DNA of 64,000 nt, from assembly GCA_022843925.1 (NCBI GenBank), contig JALHMS010000003.1, forward strand, positions 58,440-122,439, written 5' to 3'. The notes beneath the pieces were generated by a model. That model was not told the DNA's origin, searched no databases, and saw only the letters and a list, made by a program, of their open reading frames with translations. The translations under genes were made by a program, and so were the position numbers. The DNA is from Burkholderiales bacterium. Its GTDB lineage: Bacteria; Pseudomonadota; Gammaproteobacteria; Burkholderiales; Ga0077523. Of this stretch, positions 27,209 through 37,461 are shown one piece after another (positions within the stretch are counted from its first letter, which is position 1; each line of letters opens with the position of its first letter).

Positions 27209-29121
27209 GAAAGCGCTCCCTGGATGCTTCCGTGGACGAGGGCGCGATCCAGCGCGGCCTGGATCGATCCGACGTCGGGATGCTGCCATCGTCCAAGCAC
27301 GTGGCCATCGGGTCTCACGACGTAGACTGCGCCAGGGCGCGCACCGAACATCGGGAAGAGATGACCGGTGTGATCGACGGCGCCGGAACATCGCCCGGAA
27401 GACGACATGCGACGGCGGACGGGCACCACGGTGAACGGGATCCCGCGCTCGCGCATCGTCGCCTGGACCATGTCGAGAACGGGGGAAGTCGCCTCGTCGC
27501 CGCAGAACCAGAGGGCGGTGAACCCGCTGCCGAGGAGGTCCGTCACGTGACCTATCCGGGGTGCGCCCGCATCGCCCGGGGTCGCGGGCAGCGTCAGCGG
27601 ACATGCCGGCAACACCGCACCGGGCTTGGGGCCCGCATCGAACGCATCGACACCATCGGGGGCGTTGAGCGGCGACCGCGTGTAGGTGATGGCCGAGGTC
27701 TGCCGCGGATTGATGAGCGCCCGCACCGCCGGATGCCGCGCGGCGAGCCCGAGCACTGCGGTGCGCATCAGGTCGAATGCGAAGGATGGCGGGGCCATGA
27801 ACTCGGTGCTCTTCGCCCCGTGTTCCAGATTCTCGCGGGCCGCTGCGACCCGCTCGTCGGAATAGGTATCGAGCAGTGGCTCCCCGGCGAGTCCGCGGAC
27901 GACGTACGCCAGCTTCCAGGCGAGGTTGTCGGCATCGTCGATGCCGGAGTTGGCGCCACGTACACCGAAGATCGGCATCAGGTGGGCGGCATCCCCGGCG
28001 AACAGCACGCGCCCGTGGCGATAGCGATCGAGCGTGAGCGCGTTCGCACGATAGAGGGAGATCCACACCGGCGACCAGTCCGACCGCTCGCCCATCATCT
28101 CGAGCAGGCTCTCGACGCGCGGATTGACGTTCCCGGGGAGCACCGCCGCGTCGGAGTCCTCGTCCTCGCGCAGCTGGTAGTCGATGCGCCAGACGCCGTG
28201 GGGCTGCTTGTGCACGAGCACGGTGGAGCCGGGATTGCACGGCGGGTCGAAGTAGGCGAGGCGCTCGGTCGGGCGGTCGCTGTCGAGCAGTATGTCGACG
28301 ATCACGTAACGGCCCTGGTAGGAAGTCCCGCGCAGCGCAAGCCCGAGGGACTCCCGTACGAAGCTGCGCCCTCCGTCCGCAGCGACGACCCAGTCCGCGT
28401 GCATGCGGTACGCGCCGTCCGGTGTCGAGAGCGTCAGCATCACGCCGTCGGCACGCGCCTCGATCGACGTGACTCGCGTCTGCCAGCGGATGTCGATGTG
28501 CGAGGTGTCCCGTTCAGCAGTCTCCAGGAGGATCTGCTCGATGTGGTACTGGGCGAGATTCACCATCGGCGGGTGCTTCTGCAGTTCGTCGTGGGGCATC
28601 CGGAAATGCAGTACCTCGGTGTCGCGGTAGAAGCTGCGCCCGCCCGTCCAGGGGAGCCCGATGTCCAGAAACCCTGCGGCGGCGCCGAGGCGGTCGAAGA
28701 TCTCGAGACTGCGGCGTGAAATGCAGATCGCGCGGCTGCCCGCGCAGACGCCATCGTCCGCCTCGATGAGCACCACCGGCACATCGTGACGCGCGAGCCC
28801 GAGGGCAGTCGTCAGCCCCACGGGCCCGCCCCCGACGACGACGACCGGATGACCGGATATCTCCACGCCGTCGCGCAGCGTCGGAATCGGCGCCGCATGC
28901 ACCGCCGCACGAAACGGGTAGGGCCGGAACTCGCGGGTGCGCGACGCGCGGATCGGGATGTCGGGCGATGGGCTGCCGGATGCGGGTCCCGCGTCGGTGG
29001 GAATCGGGCTGGGGCTCACGCTGTGCGGCATGGAAGGCTCTTGCGGACGCGACTGGTCCGACATTGTGGCTGATGGTGGGAACCGATGGCGAAGTCGGTG
29101 CAGGGCCACGGGTCGATCCAC
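27205..29121 (-). CDS. FAD-dependent aromatic-ring monooxygenase (MhpA/PheA-TfdB-like, with C-terminal thioredoxin-like domain)
   Basis: It has the Rossmann motif HPVVVVGGGPVGLTTALGLARHDVPVVLIE, plus GRVLFAGDAAH and GANSGIDDADNLAWKL. The start is uncertain: GTG 29121, ATG 29067 or ATG 29031. Confidence 0.85.
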   Translation of the reverse strand: MDRPVALHRLRHRFPPSATMSDQSRPQEPSMPHSVSPSPIPTDAGPASGSPSPDIPIRASRTREFRPYPFRAAVHAAPIPTLRDGVEISGHPVVVVGGGPVGLTTALGLARHDVPVVLIEADDGVCAGSRAICISRRSLEIFDRLGAAAGFLDIGLPWTGGRSFYRDTEVLHFRMPHDELQKHPPMVNLAQYHIEQILLETAERDTSHIDIRWQTRVTSIEARADGVMLTLSTPDGAYRMHADWVVAADGGRSFVRESLGLALRGTSYQGRYVIVDILLDSDRPTERLAYFDPPCNPGSTVLVHKQPHGVWRIDYQLREDEDSDAAVLPGNVNPRVESLLEMMGERSDWSPVWISLYRANALTLDRYRHGRVLFAGDAAHLMPIFGVRGANSGIDDADNLAWKLAYVVRGLAGEPLLDTYSDERVAAARENLEHGAKSTEFMAPPSFAFDLMRTAVLGLAARHPAVRALINPRQTSAITYTRSPLNAPDGVDAFDAGPKPGAVLPACPLTLPATPGDAGAPRIGHVTDLLGSGFTALWFCGDEATSPVLDMVQATMRERGIPFTVVPVRRRMSSSGRCSGAVDHTGHLFPMFGARPGAVYVVRPDGHVLGRWQHPDVGSIQAALDRALVHGSIQGALS

Positions 29122-29137
29122 CCCGCCCCGCGCGCGG

Positions 29138-29368
29138 TCAGCCCCGCATCCGCGTCCGTTCCTCCTCGCGGGTGGGCTCCCGCTCGAACGCAGGACAGGC
29201 GTCTCGGGCGGGCGGCGAGCCGATGTCGCGCCGACACCAGAAGACCGCCTGGCGGGATTCCGCGATGAGTGCGGGGATCACGAGGCCGTGGCGGCACGAG
29301 CAGCAGATCGGGGGCAGGAGGTCCATGGGCGCAGATTGCACCCGCCGATGGCTCATGGGGTGAGCCAC
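29138..29368 (-). CDS. Candidate small Cys-rich protein (hypothetical)
   Basis: 76-codon ORF filling the gap between the OYE and monooxygenase genes on the same strand. Read by eye, the third codon positions are overwhelmingly G/C, as in the true genes here. It contains PPICCSCRHG...FWCRRD...ACPAFE. No family is recognised and the start is uncertain (GTG 29368, ATG 29356 or ATG 29326). Confidence 0.35.
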   Translation of the reverse strand: MAHPMSHRRVQSAPMDLLPPICCSCRHGLVIPALIAESRQAVFWCRRDIGSPPARDACPAFEREPTREEERTRMRG

Positions 29369-29390
29369 CCGCGCCGACCCCGTCTCGACG

Positions 29391-30506
29391 CTACTTCGGG
29401 CGCGCGAGGGCGGCGCCGGGCCAGCTGCCAGGCCGGATCCGGTCGTACGGGGGCGGATAGCTGATCGGAGCGTCGAGTTTCTGTGCCGCGTGCCAGACCC
29501 AGCGGGGGTTGTCGATGAAGGCCCGGGCGAGCGCCACCTGATCGGCGCGTCCGCTGGAGATCACGAGATCGGCGTGGACGGGGTCCACGATCAGGCCCAC
29601 GGCCCGTGTCGTGATCCCCGTCTCGCGCCTTATCCGTTCGGCCAGAGGTACCTGATAGCCCTCCGCCACCGGGATCGAGATGCCGGGGACGATACCGCCG
29701 CTGGTGACGCAGACGTAGTCGGCACCCAGCGCCTTCAGTTCGCGGGCGAACACCACCGCCTCCTCGATCGTGATGCCATCCGGATGCCAGTCGGTGCCGG
29801 TGATGCGCGCGCCGACCGCCACGTGCGCCGGCACGGCCGCTCGGACCGCCTGCATGATCTCGAGCGGAAGCCGGAGGCGGTTGTCCAGGCTGCCTCCGTA
29901 CCGGTCGGTGCGGCGATTAGAAAGGGGCGATGTGAACTGGTGCAGCAGATAGCCATGCGCTGCATGCAGTTCGATGACGTCGAGACCCAGTCTCACCGCT
30001 CTGCGGGACGCATCCACGAACGCTGACTTGACCCGCGCGATGCCGGTGTCGTCGAGCGCGATGGGCGTGTGCCAATGGGCGTCGAATGGCACCGCTGACG
30101 CCGAGACCGTCGTCCAGGGATCGGCATCGGCCGAAAGCGCCCGCCCGCCTTCCCATGTCCGCTGTGCCGACGCCTTCCGCCCGGCGTGCCCGAGCTGGAT
30201 GCCGAACCGGGTGCCCGGATGCGCGAACCGTCGTCCCGCCGCGAGCATCCGGGCCACGGAGGCTTCGGTGGCGTCGTCCCACAGCCCCAGACAGCCATGG
30301 GTGATGCGGCCGAGCCGCTCCACCGCGGTGGCTTCGATCACCACGAGCCCGGCACCGGTCATCGCCAGGTTCATCAGATGCTGTCCGTGCCAGTCGGGGT
30401 CGGCGCAGCCGTCGTGAGCGCTGTACTGGCACATGGGGGCAACGGCAATGCGGTTCGGGACCGTCACGGGGCCGATCGCGAGGGACTCGAAGAGCTTGCT
30501 TGTCAT
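29391..30506 (-). CDS. NADH:flavin oxidoreductase, Old Yellow Enzyme family
   Basis: 371-aa ORF. It begins MTSKLFESLAIGPVTVPNRIAVAPMCQYSA and contains HAAHGYLLHQFTSPLSNRRTDRYGGS, a typical OYE active-site region. Confidence 0.9.
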   Translation of the reverse strand: MTSKLFESLAIGPVTVPNRIAVAPMCQYSAHDGCADPDWHGQHLMNLAMTGAGLVVIEATAVERLGRITHGCLGLWDDATEASVARMLAAGRRFAHPGTRFGIQLGHAGRKASAQRTWEGGRALSADADPWTTVSASAVPFDAHWHTPIALDDTGIARVKSAFVDASRRAVRLGLDVIELHAAHGYLLHQFTSPLSNRRTDRYGGSLDNRLRLPLEIMQAVRAAVPAHVAVGARITGTDWHPDGITIEEAVVFARELKALGADYVCVTSGGIVPGISIPVAEGYQVPLAERIRRETGITTRAVGLIVDPVHADLVISSGRADQVALARAFIDNPRWVWHAAQKLDAPISYPPPYDRIRPGSWPGAALARPK

Positions 30507-30543
30507 GGGTGTCTCGATTCCGGACGCCCGCCCGGGCGGTGCA

Positions 30544-30915
30544 CTAGCGGCGCTGCGGACGGGGGTCGAAGTCCGCCCGGGCGGGCTGATCGGGGTCGTA
30601 GAAGAAGTACGTGAAGATCTCGTCGGGCTTCACGACGCCGGGCTTCGGGCGATAGCGCGGCGTGGCGAGGAGTTTCCGGACCGACTCGACGAACGTCTCG
30701 GGAATCGTGACGCCCTCCGCGTCCGCGTTGCCCTTGCGCGGCTCGACAACCTTGATGAGGCGAAGCTGGCGCACGTCGCCGGCCTCGTCGAACAGAACGC
30801 CGAAGACGACGGCGTAGATCACGCGCGGTGCGGTGGGTGCGTTCTGCGCCATGGCGACGCTCGACAGAGCGAACATCGCGAAGAGAGCGCACAGGATGGA
30901 TCGGATGAAGCGCAT
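30544..30915 (-). CDS. Small exported hypothetical protein
   Basis: The track ORF runs to 31461; the internal ATG at 30915 gives a 123-aa product with the signal peptide MRFIRSILCALFAMFALSSVAMAQ. No known domain is recognised. Confidence 0.6.
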   Translation of the reverse strand: MRFIRSILCALFAMFALSSVAMAQNAPTAPRVIYAVVFGVLFDEAGDVRQLRLIKVVEPRKGNADAEGVTIPETFVESVRKLLATPRYRPKPGVVKPDEIFTYFFYDPDQPARADFDPRPQRR

Positions 30916-31125
30916 GCGAAGAGGTCTCCCGGATCGCCCCACCCGGAAAGATTCCCGGCAGGCGCGAGGCCGGAGCATGCCAGATCGCCGTGACGTTCTC
31001 ACGCACGCGGACGCCTTCCCTCGGACGTGCCCGGCGCGTGGCGAACGCCTCCGGATGCCCCCGGTGACGAGAGCCGCCTTCAGAAGCCCGCCATCGGACC
31101 GAAATGGGGAGGTCCCCCATGAGGC

Positions 31126-31443
31126 GTGTCGATGACCCCAGAACCGGAAGAATGGCTGATTCTCGGTGTGACCGCGGACGGGCGGCCATTCCGTCCGAGC
31201 GACTGGCCCGAGCGTCTCTGCGGCGCCCTCGCCCGGTACGAGGACGGCCGGCTCAGCTACTCGCAGCACGCGCGTCCCGTGAGTCGTCAGGGCAGGAGCG
31301 GCGTGGTGGTCGAGGCAGTGTTGAAGGAGATCGATCCGGAAGGCTTCGATTTCGTGATGGGCTTCGCCCGGGACAACAGTCTGGAGGTCATTCCTGGCCG
31401 GGAGCGGATCCGGGTGATCGTCGACGTGGCCGGCGCCGCGTAA
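31126..31443 (+). CDS. DUF3579 domain protein
   Basis: 105-aa ORF. EWLILGVTADGRPFRPSDWPERLCGALA...YSQHARPV matches my memory of DUF3579. Confidence 0.75.
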   Translation: MSMTPEPEEWLILGVTADGRPFRPSDWPERLCGALARYEDGRLSYSQHARPVSRQGRSGVVVEAVLKEIDPEGFDFVMGFARDNSLEVIPGRERIRVIVDVAGAA

Positions 31444-31525
31444 CGGAGCGCCGTCCAGCACTTCTTCCGATCGCAGCGCGATAGGCTGCCCGGGCCCGGG
31501 TACCGGGGCGATGGCCCGACGGTCT

Positions 31526-33016
31526 TCAGCCCGTCCCCCGCATCCTCGGCGAGCAATCCGGAAACAGCGTGGAGAGCGCGACGCTCTCGTAGGCGCCGCG
31601 CACGATCCTCACGTGTTCACGACGGAACTCCCGGGCATGCCGCAGACCGCACGCGTGCGCGATCATGTCGATCTCGCGGTTCATGTTCCGTGTGAAGTTG
31701 GCCACGCGAAGGTATTTCTCCTCGACGACGAGGCCGCGCTGGAGCCGGCGGTTGTGCGTGGTGATCCCTGTCGGGCATGTGTTCGCATGGCACCGCAGCG
31801 CCTGGATGCACCCGAGCGCGAACATGTAGCCCCGGGCGGTGTTCACGAAGTCCGCACCGGCGCACAGCGCCCAGGTGGCCTTGGCCGAGGTCACGAGCTT
31901 GCCGCTCGCCACCACCCGCACGCGCTCCCGCAGTCCGGCCTCCACCAGGGCGTCGACCACCCGCGGGAGCGCCTCGGTGATCGGCAGCGCCATGTGATCC
32001 ATCAATGCCTGCGGCGCCGCGCCGGTTCCCCCCTCGCCGCCGTCGATCACGAGGAAATCCGGCGCCCATTCGGGGCCCCGTCTCAGGATGGCCTCGCAGA
32101 GCTGGTGCATGAAGTCCCAACCGCCGATGGCCGTCTTCACTCCGACGGGCCGCCCGGTGATGTCGCGGACGCGGCCGATCATGTCGAGGAGTTGATCGGC
32201 GTTGGCGATGTCGTGATGGCGGTTGGGGCTGATGGAATCCACGTGCGGCGCGATGCCGCGGATGGCTGCGATCTCCTCGCTCACCTTCGCCGCCGGCAGC
32301 ACGCCGCCCTTGCCGGGCTTGGCCCCCTGCGAGAGCTTGATCTCGAAGGCCCGCACGCGCGGGGCCAGTTCCCGCAGTCGCTCGTTGCTGAGCGCCCCTG
32401 ACCGATCGCGTACGCCGTACTTCGCCGTGCCGATCTGCATGACGAGGTCGCATCCCGCCTCCTCGTGATAGGGGGAGAGACCGCCCTCCCCCGTGCCCAT
32501 CCAGCACCCGGACTCCCGGGCGCCGCGGGCCAGGGCGCGCACCGCGGGGGCCGAGATCGCGCCGAAGCTCATGCCGCTGATGTTCACGATGGACTTCGCT
32601 TCGAAGGGCTCGCGACAGTAGTCCGCCCCGATGATGCAGGCGGGCGTCGGCGTCTGCTCGACCTCGAGCGTCGGAAACGGGGCGTTCACGAACAGGATGT
32701 TGCCGGGTTCGCTCAGATTGTTCGTGGACCCGAATCCGATCGTGCCGCCTTCATCCTTCGCCAGCCGGTAGATCCAGCCCCGCACGCTGCGGTTGAAGGG
32801 CATCTCCTCGCGATCGTTCGCGAAGAAATACTGTCGGAAGTACTCGCCCTGCCGCTCGAACAGATAGCGCAACCGCCCGACCACCGGAAAGTTGCGGAGG
32901 ATGGTGTGCTTCTTCTGCGTGACGTCCTGGACGAACCAGACGATCACCAGCGCGAGCAGTGCGAACCCTATGAAGGTTCCGATTCCCTGCAGCAGCAGAC
33001 TGCCGATGTTGCTCAT
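31526..33016 (-). CDS. FMN-binding glutamate-synthase-family protein (GltB domain-2-like, membrane anchored)
   Basis: 496-aa ORF with an N-terminal TM helix. It then has ISGMSFGAIS, LSQGAKPGKGGVLP and IDGGEGGTGAAP, typical of GltS FMN-domain homologues. Confidence 0.85.
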   Translation of the reverse strand: MSNIGSLLLQGIGTFIGFALLALVIVWFVQDVTQKKHTILRNFPVVGRLRYLFERQGEYFRQYFFANDREEMPFNRSVRGWIYRLAKDEGGTIGFGSTNNLSEPGNILFVNAPFPTLEVEQTPTPACIIGADYCREPFEAKSIVNISGMSFGAISAPAVRALARGARESGCWMGTGEGGLSPYHEEAGCDLVMQIGTAKYGVRDRSGALSNERLRELAPRVRAFEIKLSQGAKPGKGGVLPAAKVSEEIAAIRGIAPHVDSISPNRHHDIANADQLLDMIGRVRDITGRPVGVKTAIGGWDFMHQLCEAILRRGPEWAPDFLVIDGGEGGTGAAPQALMDHMALPITEALPRVVDALVEAGLRERVRVVASGKLVTSAKATWALCAGADFVNTARGYMFALGCIQALRCHANTCPTGITTHNRRLQRGLVVEEKYLRVANFTRNMNREIDMIAHACGLRHAREFRREHVRIVRGAYESVALSTLFPDCSPRMRGTG

Positions 33017-33092
33017 CCGGTGGACTCCTCCGTTCCCGCGGACTGCCCGTCCGCCCAGGTATGGGGCCGGAGGAGCGCCCCGCCGGCGACCT

Positions 33093-33716
33093 TCAGACGG
33101 GTCGCCGCGCCACCAGTTCGATCAGCGCGGATCGGCCCACGTGCTTCGTGCCCTCCGCCAGGTCGGCTTCGTACTCGCGGAGCAGCAGGATGTCCCAGCC
33201 GTCGAAGGCTTCCCGCAGCATGGCCTCGGTGTAGAGGTGGGAGAGTTCACCCGGACCACCGGTGCGGTACTCGAGCTGCTTCGGCGTGTATCCCTGCAGG
33301 AGCACCAACCCGCCCGGCCGGAGCGCCTCCCGGAAACCTTCGAAGAGGCGCGTCCGCTCGGCCGGTGATGCGAATTGGATGAAGATGCACGCGATGGCGT
33401 CGAATGCCGCCGGTGCCCAGTCCCAGCTTCGTACATCGGCCTGATGCCATCGGACCTGCACCTGTTTCTCGTCGGCGAGGCGTCGGGCCTTCTCCAGCGC
33501 GAGCGGCGAGACGTCGAATCCGGTGACCTCGTGCCCCTGCCCGGCCAGCCAGATGGCATTGCGACCCTCGCCGCAGGCGATGTCGAGCACGCGGGCGCCG
33601 GTTGCCAGGCGGGCGGCCTCACGGGCGAGAAAGTGATTGGGTTCGGTACCGAAGATGTATTCAGGTGCCGCGAAGCGGGCGTCCCAGAAGGTGCGGGCGT
33701 CGTCGAAGTCGGCCAT
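33093..33716 (-). CDS. Class I SAM-dependent methyltransferase
   Basis: The track ORF runs to 34160; the internal ATG at 33716 gives a 207-aa product with SAM motif I VLDIACGEGRNAIWLA. Confidence 0.8.
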   Translation of the reverse strand: MADFDDARTFWDARFAAPEYIFGTEPNHFLAREAARLATGARVLDIACGEGRNAIWLAGQGHEVTGFDVSPLALEKARRLADEKQVQVRWHQADVRSWDWAPAAFDAIACIFIQFASPAERTRLFEGFREALRPGGLVLLQGYTPKQLEYRTGGPGELSHLYTEAMLREAFDGWDILLLREYEADLAEGTKHVGRSALIELVARRPV

Positions 33717-33802
33717 GGCGAAGGCGGTTGGCGATAGGACCCCGATTATCGCCCGCATCGCCCGCAGCACGGCGGAAACCGCACGCGGATGCCGGTGATT
33801 TC

Positions 33803-34270
33803 CTACGGCCGCTGGTCTGTCGGAGTCTCGGCAAGGAGCGACCGGGCACGGTCGAGGTTCGCGCCACTCGTCTCGATCTGCGCTTCCGCCACCACCAGCG
33901 ATGCCTGCCGCCGGCGCAGCACACGCACCAGAACGACGCCACCGCCGGCGAGCAACACGAACGGCCCTGCCCAGAGCAGCCACGTGGTCGTGCGCACGGG
34001 TGGCCGGTAGAGCACGAAATCGCCGTAGCGATCGGTCAGGTAGGTCTTGATCTCGTCGTCCGACTTTCCCGCACGCATCATCTCCCGGACCTGATTCTTC
34101 AGGTCGACGGCGAGTTCGGCGTTGGAGTCGGCCAGCGACTGGTTCTGGCAGACGAGGCACCGCAACTCGGCCGCGAGGCGATTCATTCGGGGCTCCAGTT
34201 GGGCGTCGGTGTCCGCCCCGGACGCAGCGCTGGCGATCAGCCAGAGGCAGCTCAGTAGACCGCGCCTCAT
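33803..34270 (-). CDS. ccmH: Cytochrome c-type biogenesis protein CcmH (short, CycL-type)
   Basis: The internal ATG at 34270 overlaps the ccmG stop (ATGA). The 155-aa product has a signal peptide, the LRCLVCQNQSLADSNA motif (LRCxxCQ) and one TM helix. Confidence 0.9.
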   Translation of the reverse strand: MRRGLLSCLWLIASAASGADTDAQLEPRMNRLAAELRCLVCQNQSLADSNAELAVDLKNQVREMMRAGKSDDEIKTYLTDRYGDFVLYRPPVRTTTWLLWAGPFVLLAGGGVVLVRVLRRRQASLVVAEAQIETSGANLDRARSLLAETPTDQRP

Positions 34271-34791
34271 CCCTGGAGCTTCCTCACCAGCGGCAGGATC
34301 TTCTCCTTCAACGCCTGCGGGGTCACCGGACCGATCTGCTTGTACCGGACGATGCCCTCGCGATCGATCACGAAGGTCTCCGGCACGCCGTACACCCCGT
34401 AGTCGATGCCGACGCGGCCGTCGGCGTCGACGATCGAGGCCTTGTAGGGGTTGCCCATCTCGCCAAGCCACGCCATGGCTGCTTCGGGCTTGTCCTTGTA
34501 GTTGAGGCCGTAGATCGGCACCACGTTCGCCCGGCCGAGTTCCACGAGCAGCGGATGCTCTTCGCGGCACGAGACGCACCACGAGGCCCACACGTTCAGC
34601 AGCCAGACCTGACCCTTGAGGTCCACCGCGGAGAGCGACTTGCCGGGCGCATGCAGCTGCTGAAGGGTGAACGCGGGCGCGGGCTTGTCGATGAGCGGCG
34701 ACGGCACCTCTCGCGGATTCAGCGTGAGCCCGATGCCGAGAAACACGGCAAGCAGCACGAAGACGCCGAGTGGCAGCAGAAAGCGATTCAT
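34267..34791 (-). CDS. ccmG: Thiol:disulfide interchange protein CcmG/DsbE
   Basis: The internal ATG at 34791 gives MNRFLLPLGVFVLLAVFLG (membrane anchor). The thioredoxin motif is WASWCVSCREEHP, and GVYGVPETF is also present. Confidence 0.92.
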   Translation of the reverse strand: MNRFLLPLGVFVLLAVFLGIGLTLNPREVPSPLIDKPAPAFTLQQLHAPGKSLSAVDLKGQVWLLNVWASWCVSCREEHPLLVELGRANVVPIYGLNYKDKPEAAMAWLGEMGNPYKASIVDADGRVGIDYGVYGVPETFVIDREGIVRYKQIGPVTPQALKEKILPLVRKLQG

Positions 34792-34801
34792 GATCGTGGT
34801 C

Positions 34802-36790
34802 TCAGGCAGCAGCCGTCTGGTTCGCCGTCGTGGCGCGCGTGGCCTCGCGACGCGCAAGGCGGTATCGGCGATCGGTCATCGCGAACAACCCGCCGAGCGC
34901 CATGAGCGCGCAACCGCCCCAGATCCAGTCGATGAAGGGCTTCACGTAGACGCGCACGATCCAGGCGTCGTCACCGACGGCCTCGCCGAGGGACACGTAC
35001 AGATCGCGCGTGAAGCCCGAGTGCATGTCGGCCTCAGTCATGGGCATCGATTGCGAACCGTAGATGCGCTTCTCGGGATACAACTTCAGGCGCTCCTTGC
35101 CGTCCTCGAGGACCGTGACCACGCCGCGGGTCGCGTCGTAGTTCGGGCCTTCCACCGGCTGGAACCCTTCGAGGCGGAACCCGTAGCCGCCCACTTCTGC
35201 AACGTCGCCCGCGCGCATCTTCAGGTCCTTCTCGATCTCGAAGCCCTTCACGAGTCCGACACCCACCACGAACACGGCCACGCCGAGGTGTGCCAGCTGC
35301 ATGCCCCAGTAGCCGCGGGGCTGCGCGCGGATCGCACGGCCGATCCCGACGCCGTGCACGGCGGCAAGCTGTCCGACGCGGTCGACGACATCGGTGATCA
35401 TCGACGCCGCGATCCAGCCGGCGAGCAGCATGCCGAGGCCGAGCATCGGAGACCAGCGCCCCATGGCGAGCGGCACGGCGAAGGCCGTGATGCCCGCGAC
35501 GATCGCGGCCCAACGCAGGCGACGGGCGAGATCGGGCAGCTCCGCCTTCTTCCACTTGGCGATCGTGCCCACACCCATCAGGAACAGTGCGGGCGTCATG
35601 AGTGGCACGAAGACGGATTCGAAGTACGGAGGGCCGACGGAAATCTTGCCGAGGTCGAGCGCATCGAGAAACAGCGGGTACAGGGTACCCAGCAGGACGG
35701 ATGCCGCCGCCACCAACAGCAGGACGTTGTTGGCGAGCAGCGCCGATTCGCGCGACACCAGTGCGAACTTCCCGCCCAGTCCGACGCGCGGCGCCCGCCA
35801 GGCGAAGAGTGCGAGGGAACTGCCGATGACGACGACGAGATACGCGAGGATGAAGATGCCGCGCTTCGGATCGGTGGCGAAGGCGTGCACGGAGGTCAGC
35901 ACCCCCGAGCGCACGAGGAACGTCCCGAGCAGACTCATGCTGAACGCGATGATCGCGAGCAGCACGGTCCAGATCTTGAACCCGCCGCGCTTCTCGGTCA
36001 CGGCGAGCGAATGCATCAGGGCGGTGCCCACCAGCCAGGGCATGAACGATGCGTTCTCGACCGGATCCCAGAACCACCATCCACCCCAGCCGAGTTCGTA
36101 ATACGCCCAGGCGCTGCCGAGGCAGATGCCGATGGTGAGGAACATCCACGCCGCGGTCGTCCACGGCCGCGACCAGCGGGCCCAGGCGGCATCCAGTTGC
36201 CCCCCCAGAAGCGCCGCGATGGCGAAGGCGAAGGCGACCGAGAATCCGACGTAGCCCATGTAGAGCATCGGCGGATGGATGACCATCCCGGGGTCCTGCA
36301 GGAGCGGGTTGAGATCGCGCCCCTCGGCGGCGGCCGGGATGAGCCGCTCGAACGGGTTAGACGTGAAGAGCATGAAGAGCAGAAAGCCGACGCTCACCAG
36401 CCCCATCACCGCGAGGATGCGGGCGATCATGGGCTGTGGGAGGTGCCGGCTGAAGAGCGACACCGCGGTCATCCACCCGGTCAGCATGAACACCCAGAGC
36501 AGCAGCGAGCCCTCGTGGCTGCCCCACGTCGCTGCGAAGCGGTACTCCACCGGCAGACTCGTGTTCGAGTTCGTCGCCACGTTGAGGACCGAGAAATCGC
36601 TGTGCACGAACGACCACGCGAGACAGCCGAACGCGAGGGCCACGAACACGAACTGCCCCTGCGCGGCGGGCCGGGCCACCGCCATCCAGCGCGCATCGCC
36701 GCGGGCCGCACCGATCAGCGGCAGCACACCCTGGGCGATCGCGAGGCATAGCGCAAGCACCAGGGAAAAATGACCGAGTTCCGGAATCAT
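34802..36790 (-). CDS. ccmF: Cytochrome c heme lyase subunit CcmF
   Basis: The track ORF runs to 37228; the ATG at 36790 overlaps the ccmE stop (ATGA) and gives 662 aa starting [14 protein letters not shown]. The WWD motif [15 protein letters not shown] is present, and the protein is polytopic. Confidence 0.95.
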   Translation of the reverse strand: MIPELGHFSLVLALCLAIAQGVLPLIGAARGDARWMAVARPAAQGQFVFVALAFGCLAWSFVHSDFSVLNVATNSNTSLPVEYRFAATWGSHEGSLLLWVFMLTGWMTAVSLFSRHLPQPMIARILAVMGLVSVGFLLFMLFTSNPFERLIPAAAEGRDLNPLLQDPGMVIHPPMLYMGYVGFSVAFAFAIAALLGGQLDAAWARWSRPWTTAAWMFLTIGICLGSAWAYYELGWGGWWFWDPVENASFMPWLVGTALMHSLAVTEKRGGFKIWTVLLAIIAFSMSLLGTFLVRSGVLTSVHAFATDPKRGIFILAYLVVVIGSSLALFAWRAPRVGLGGKFALVSRESALLANNVLLLVAAASVLLGTLYPLFLDALDLGKISVGPPYFESVFVPLMTPALFLMGVGTIAKWKKAELPDLARRLRWAAIVAGITAFAVPLAMGRWSPMLGLGMLLAGWIAASMITDVVDRVGQLAAVHGVGIGRAIRAQPRGYWGMQLAHLGVAVFVVGVGLVKGFEIEKDLKMRAGDVAEVGGYGFRLEGFQPVEGPNYDATRGVVTVLEDGKERLKLYPEKRIYGSQSMPMTEADMHSGFTRDLYVSLGEAVGDDAWIVRVYVKPFIDWIWGGCALMALGGLFAMTDRRYRLARREATRATTANQTAAA

Positions 36791-37281
36791 GGTTTGTTCT
36801 CCGCGCCGCGGGCGGCGCTCTTGTCGAGGACCAGCGTGCGCTGGGATTCCTGCTCCGCCTTCTGCGCCTTCTCGACCGCACTGGCGGCCTCGGGGGGCAT
36901 GTAGTTCTCGTCGTGCTTGGCGAGCACCTGGGAAGCGCGGAACACGCCGTCGCCCTCCAGCTTGCCTTCGGCGACGACGCCTTTTCCCTCCTTGAAGAGA
37001 TCCGGAAGGATGCCCTCGTACAGGACCGGGATGGACTTCGCGGTGTCGGTCACGACGAACCTGACCGTCACGCCGTCGGGCTGCCGCTGCAGGCTCCCCG
37101 ATTCGACCATGCCGCCGATCCGGAAGCTGCGTCCGGCCGGTGCTTCGTGGGCCGCCACCTGGGTCGGGCTGTAGAAGAACACGAGGTTGCTGTTGAAGGC
37201 ATTCAGGATCAGCGCCGCCGCGATGCAAAGTGCAGCGACGCCGCCCGCGACGAGCGCGAACCGCTTGTGACGGGGCTTCAT
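36787..37281 (-). CDS. ccmE: Cytochrome c maturation heme chaperone CcmE
   Basis: 164-aa ORF with an N-terminal anchor, FRIGGMV and the C-terminal [13 protein letters not shown] heme-binding His region. Confidence 0.93.
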   Translation of the reverse strand: MKPRHKRFALVAGGVAALCIAAALILNAFNSNLVFFYSPTQVAAHEAPAGRSFRIGGMVESGSLQRQPDGVTVRFVVTDTAKSIPVLYEGILPDLFKEGKGVVAEGKLEGDGVFRASQVLAKHDENYMPPEAASAVEKAQKAEQESQRTLVLDKSAARGAENKP

Positions 37282-37454
37282 CGGTCGTCCCCGCGCTTGG
37301 TGAAGAGTCGTGCCCGTCGCAGGGATGCCCGATGCGCCTTCACGACCGTGACCACCTCACCGGCCATCAGGGCGAACGTGACGCCGAAAGCGCCCCACAC
37401 GTATCTGCCGTAGCCACCCATGGCGATGAACTCGCCGACGCTGCCCCACTGCAT
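37278..37454 (-). CDS. ccmD: Heme exporter protein CcmD
   Basis: 58-codon ORF below the track cut-off. The reverse complement reads [50 protein letters not shown]. Its stop overlaps the ccmE ATG, and its position between ccmC and ccmE is canonical. Confidence 0.85.
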   Translation of the reverse strand: MQWGSVGEFIAMGGYGRYVWGAFGVTFALMAGEVVTVVKAHRASLRRARLFTKRGDDR

Positions 37455-37461
37455 GGTCTGC

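Noticed and set aside
27017-28240. 407-aa minus-strand ORF overlapping the FAD monooxygenase in another frame.
   Set aside because: Only its last 63 codons, downstream of the monooxygenase stop, look real (DUF2783-like, GTGA-coupled start at 27208). The rest is an out-of-frame overlap with a gene that has Rossmann and FAD motifs.
34667-36751. 694-aa plus-strand ORF opposite ccmF. ORFs 37420..38487 and 38304..38939 lie opposite ccmC/ccmB.
   Set aside because: They are antisense to ccm genes carrying WWD motifs. They are charged, low-complexity translations.
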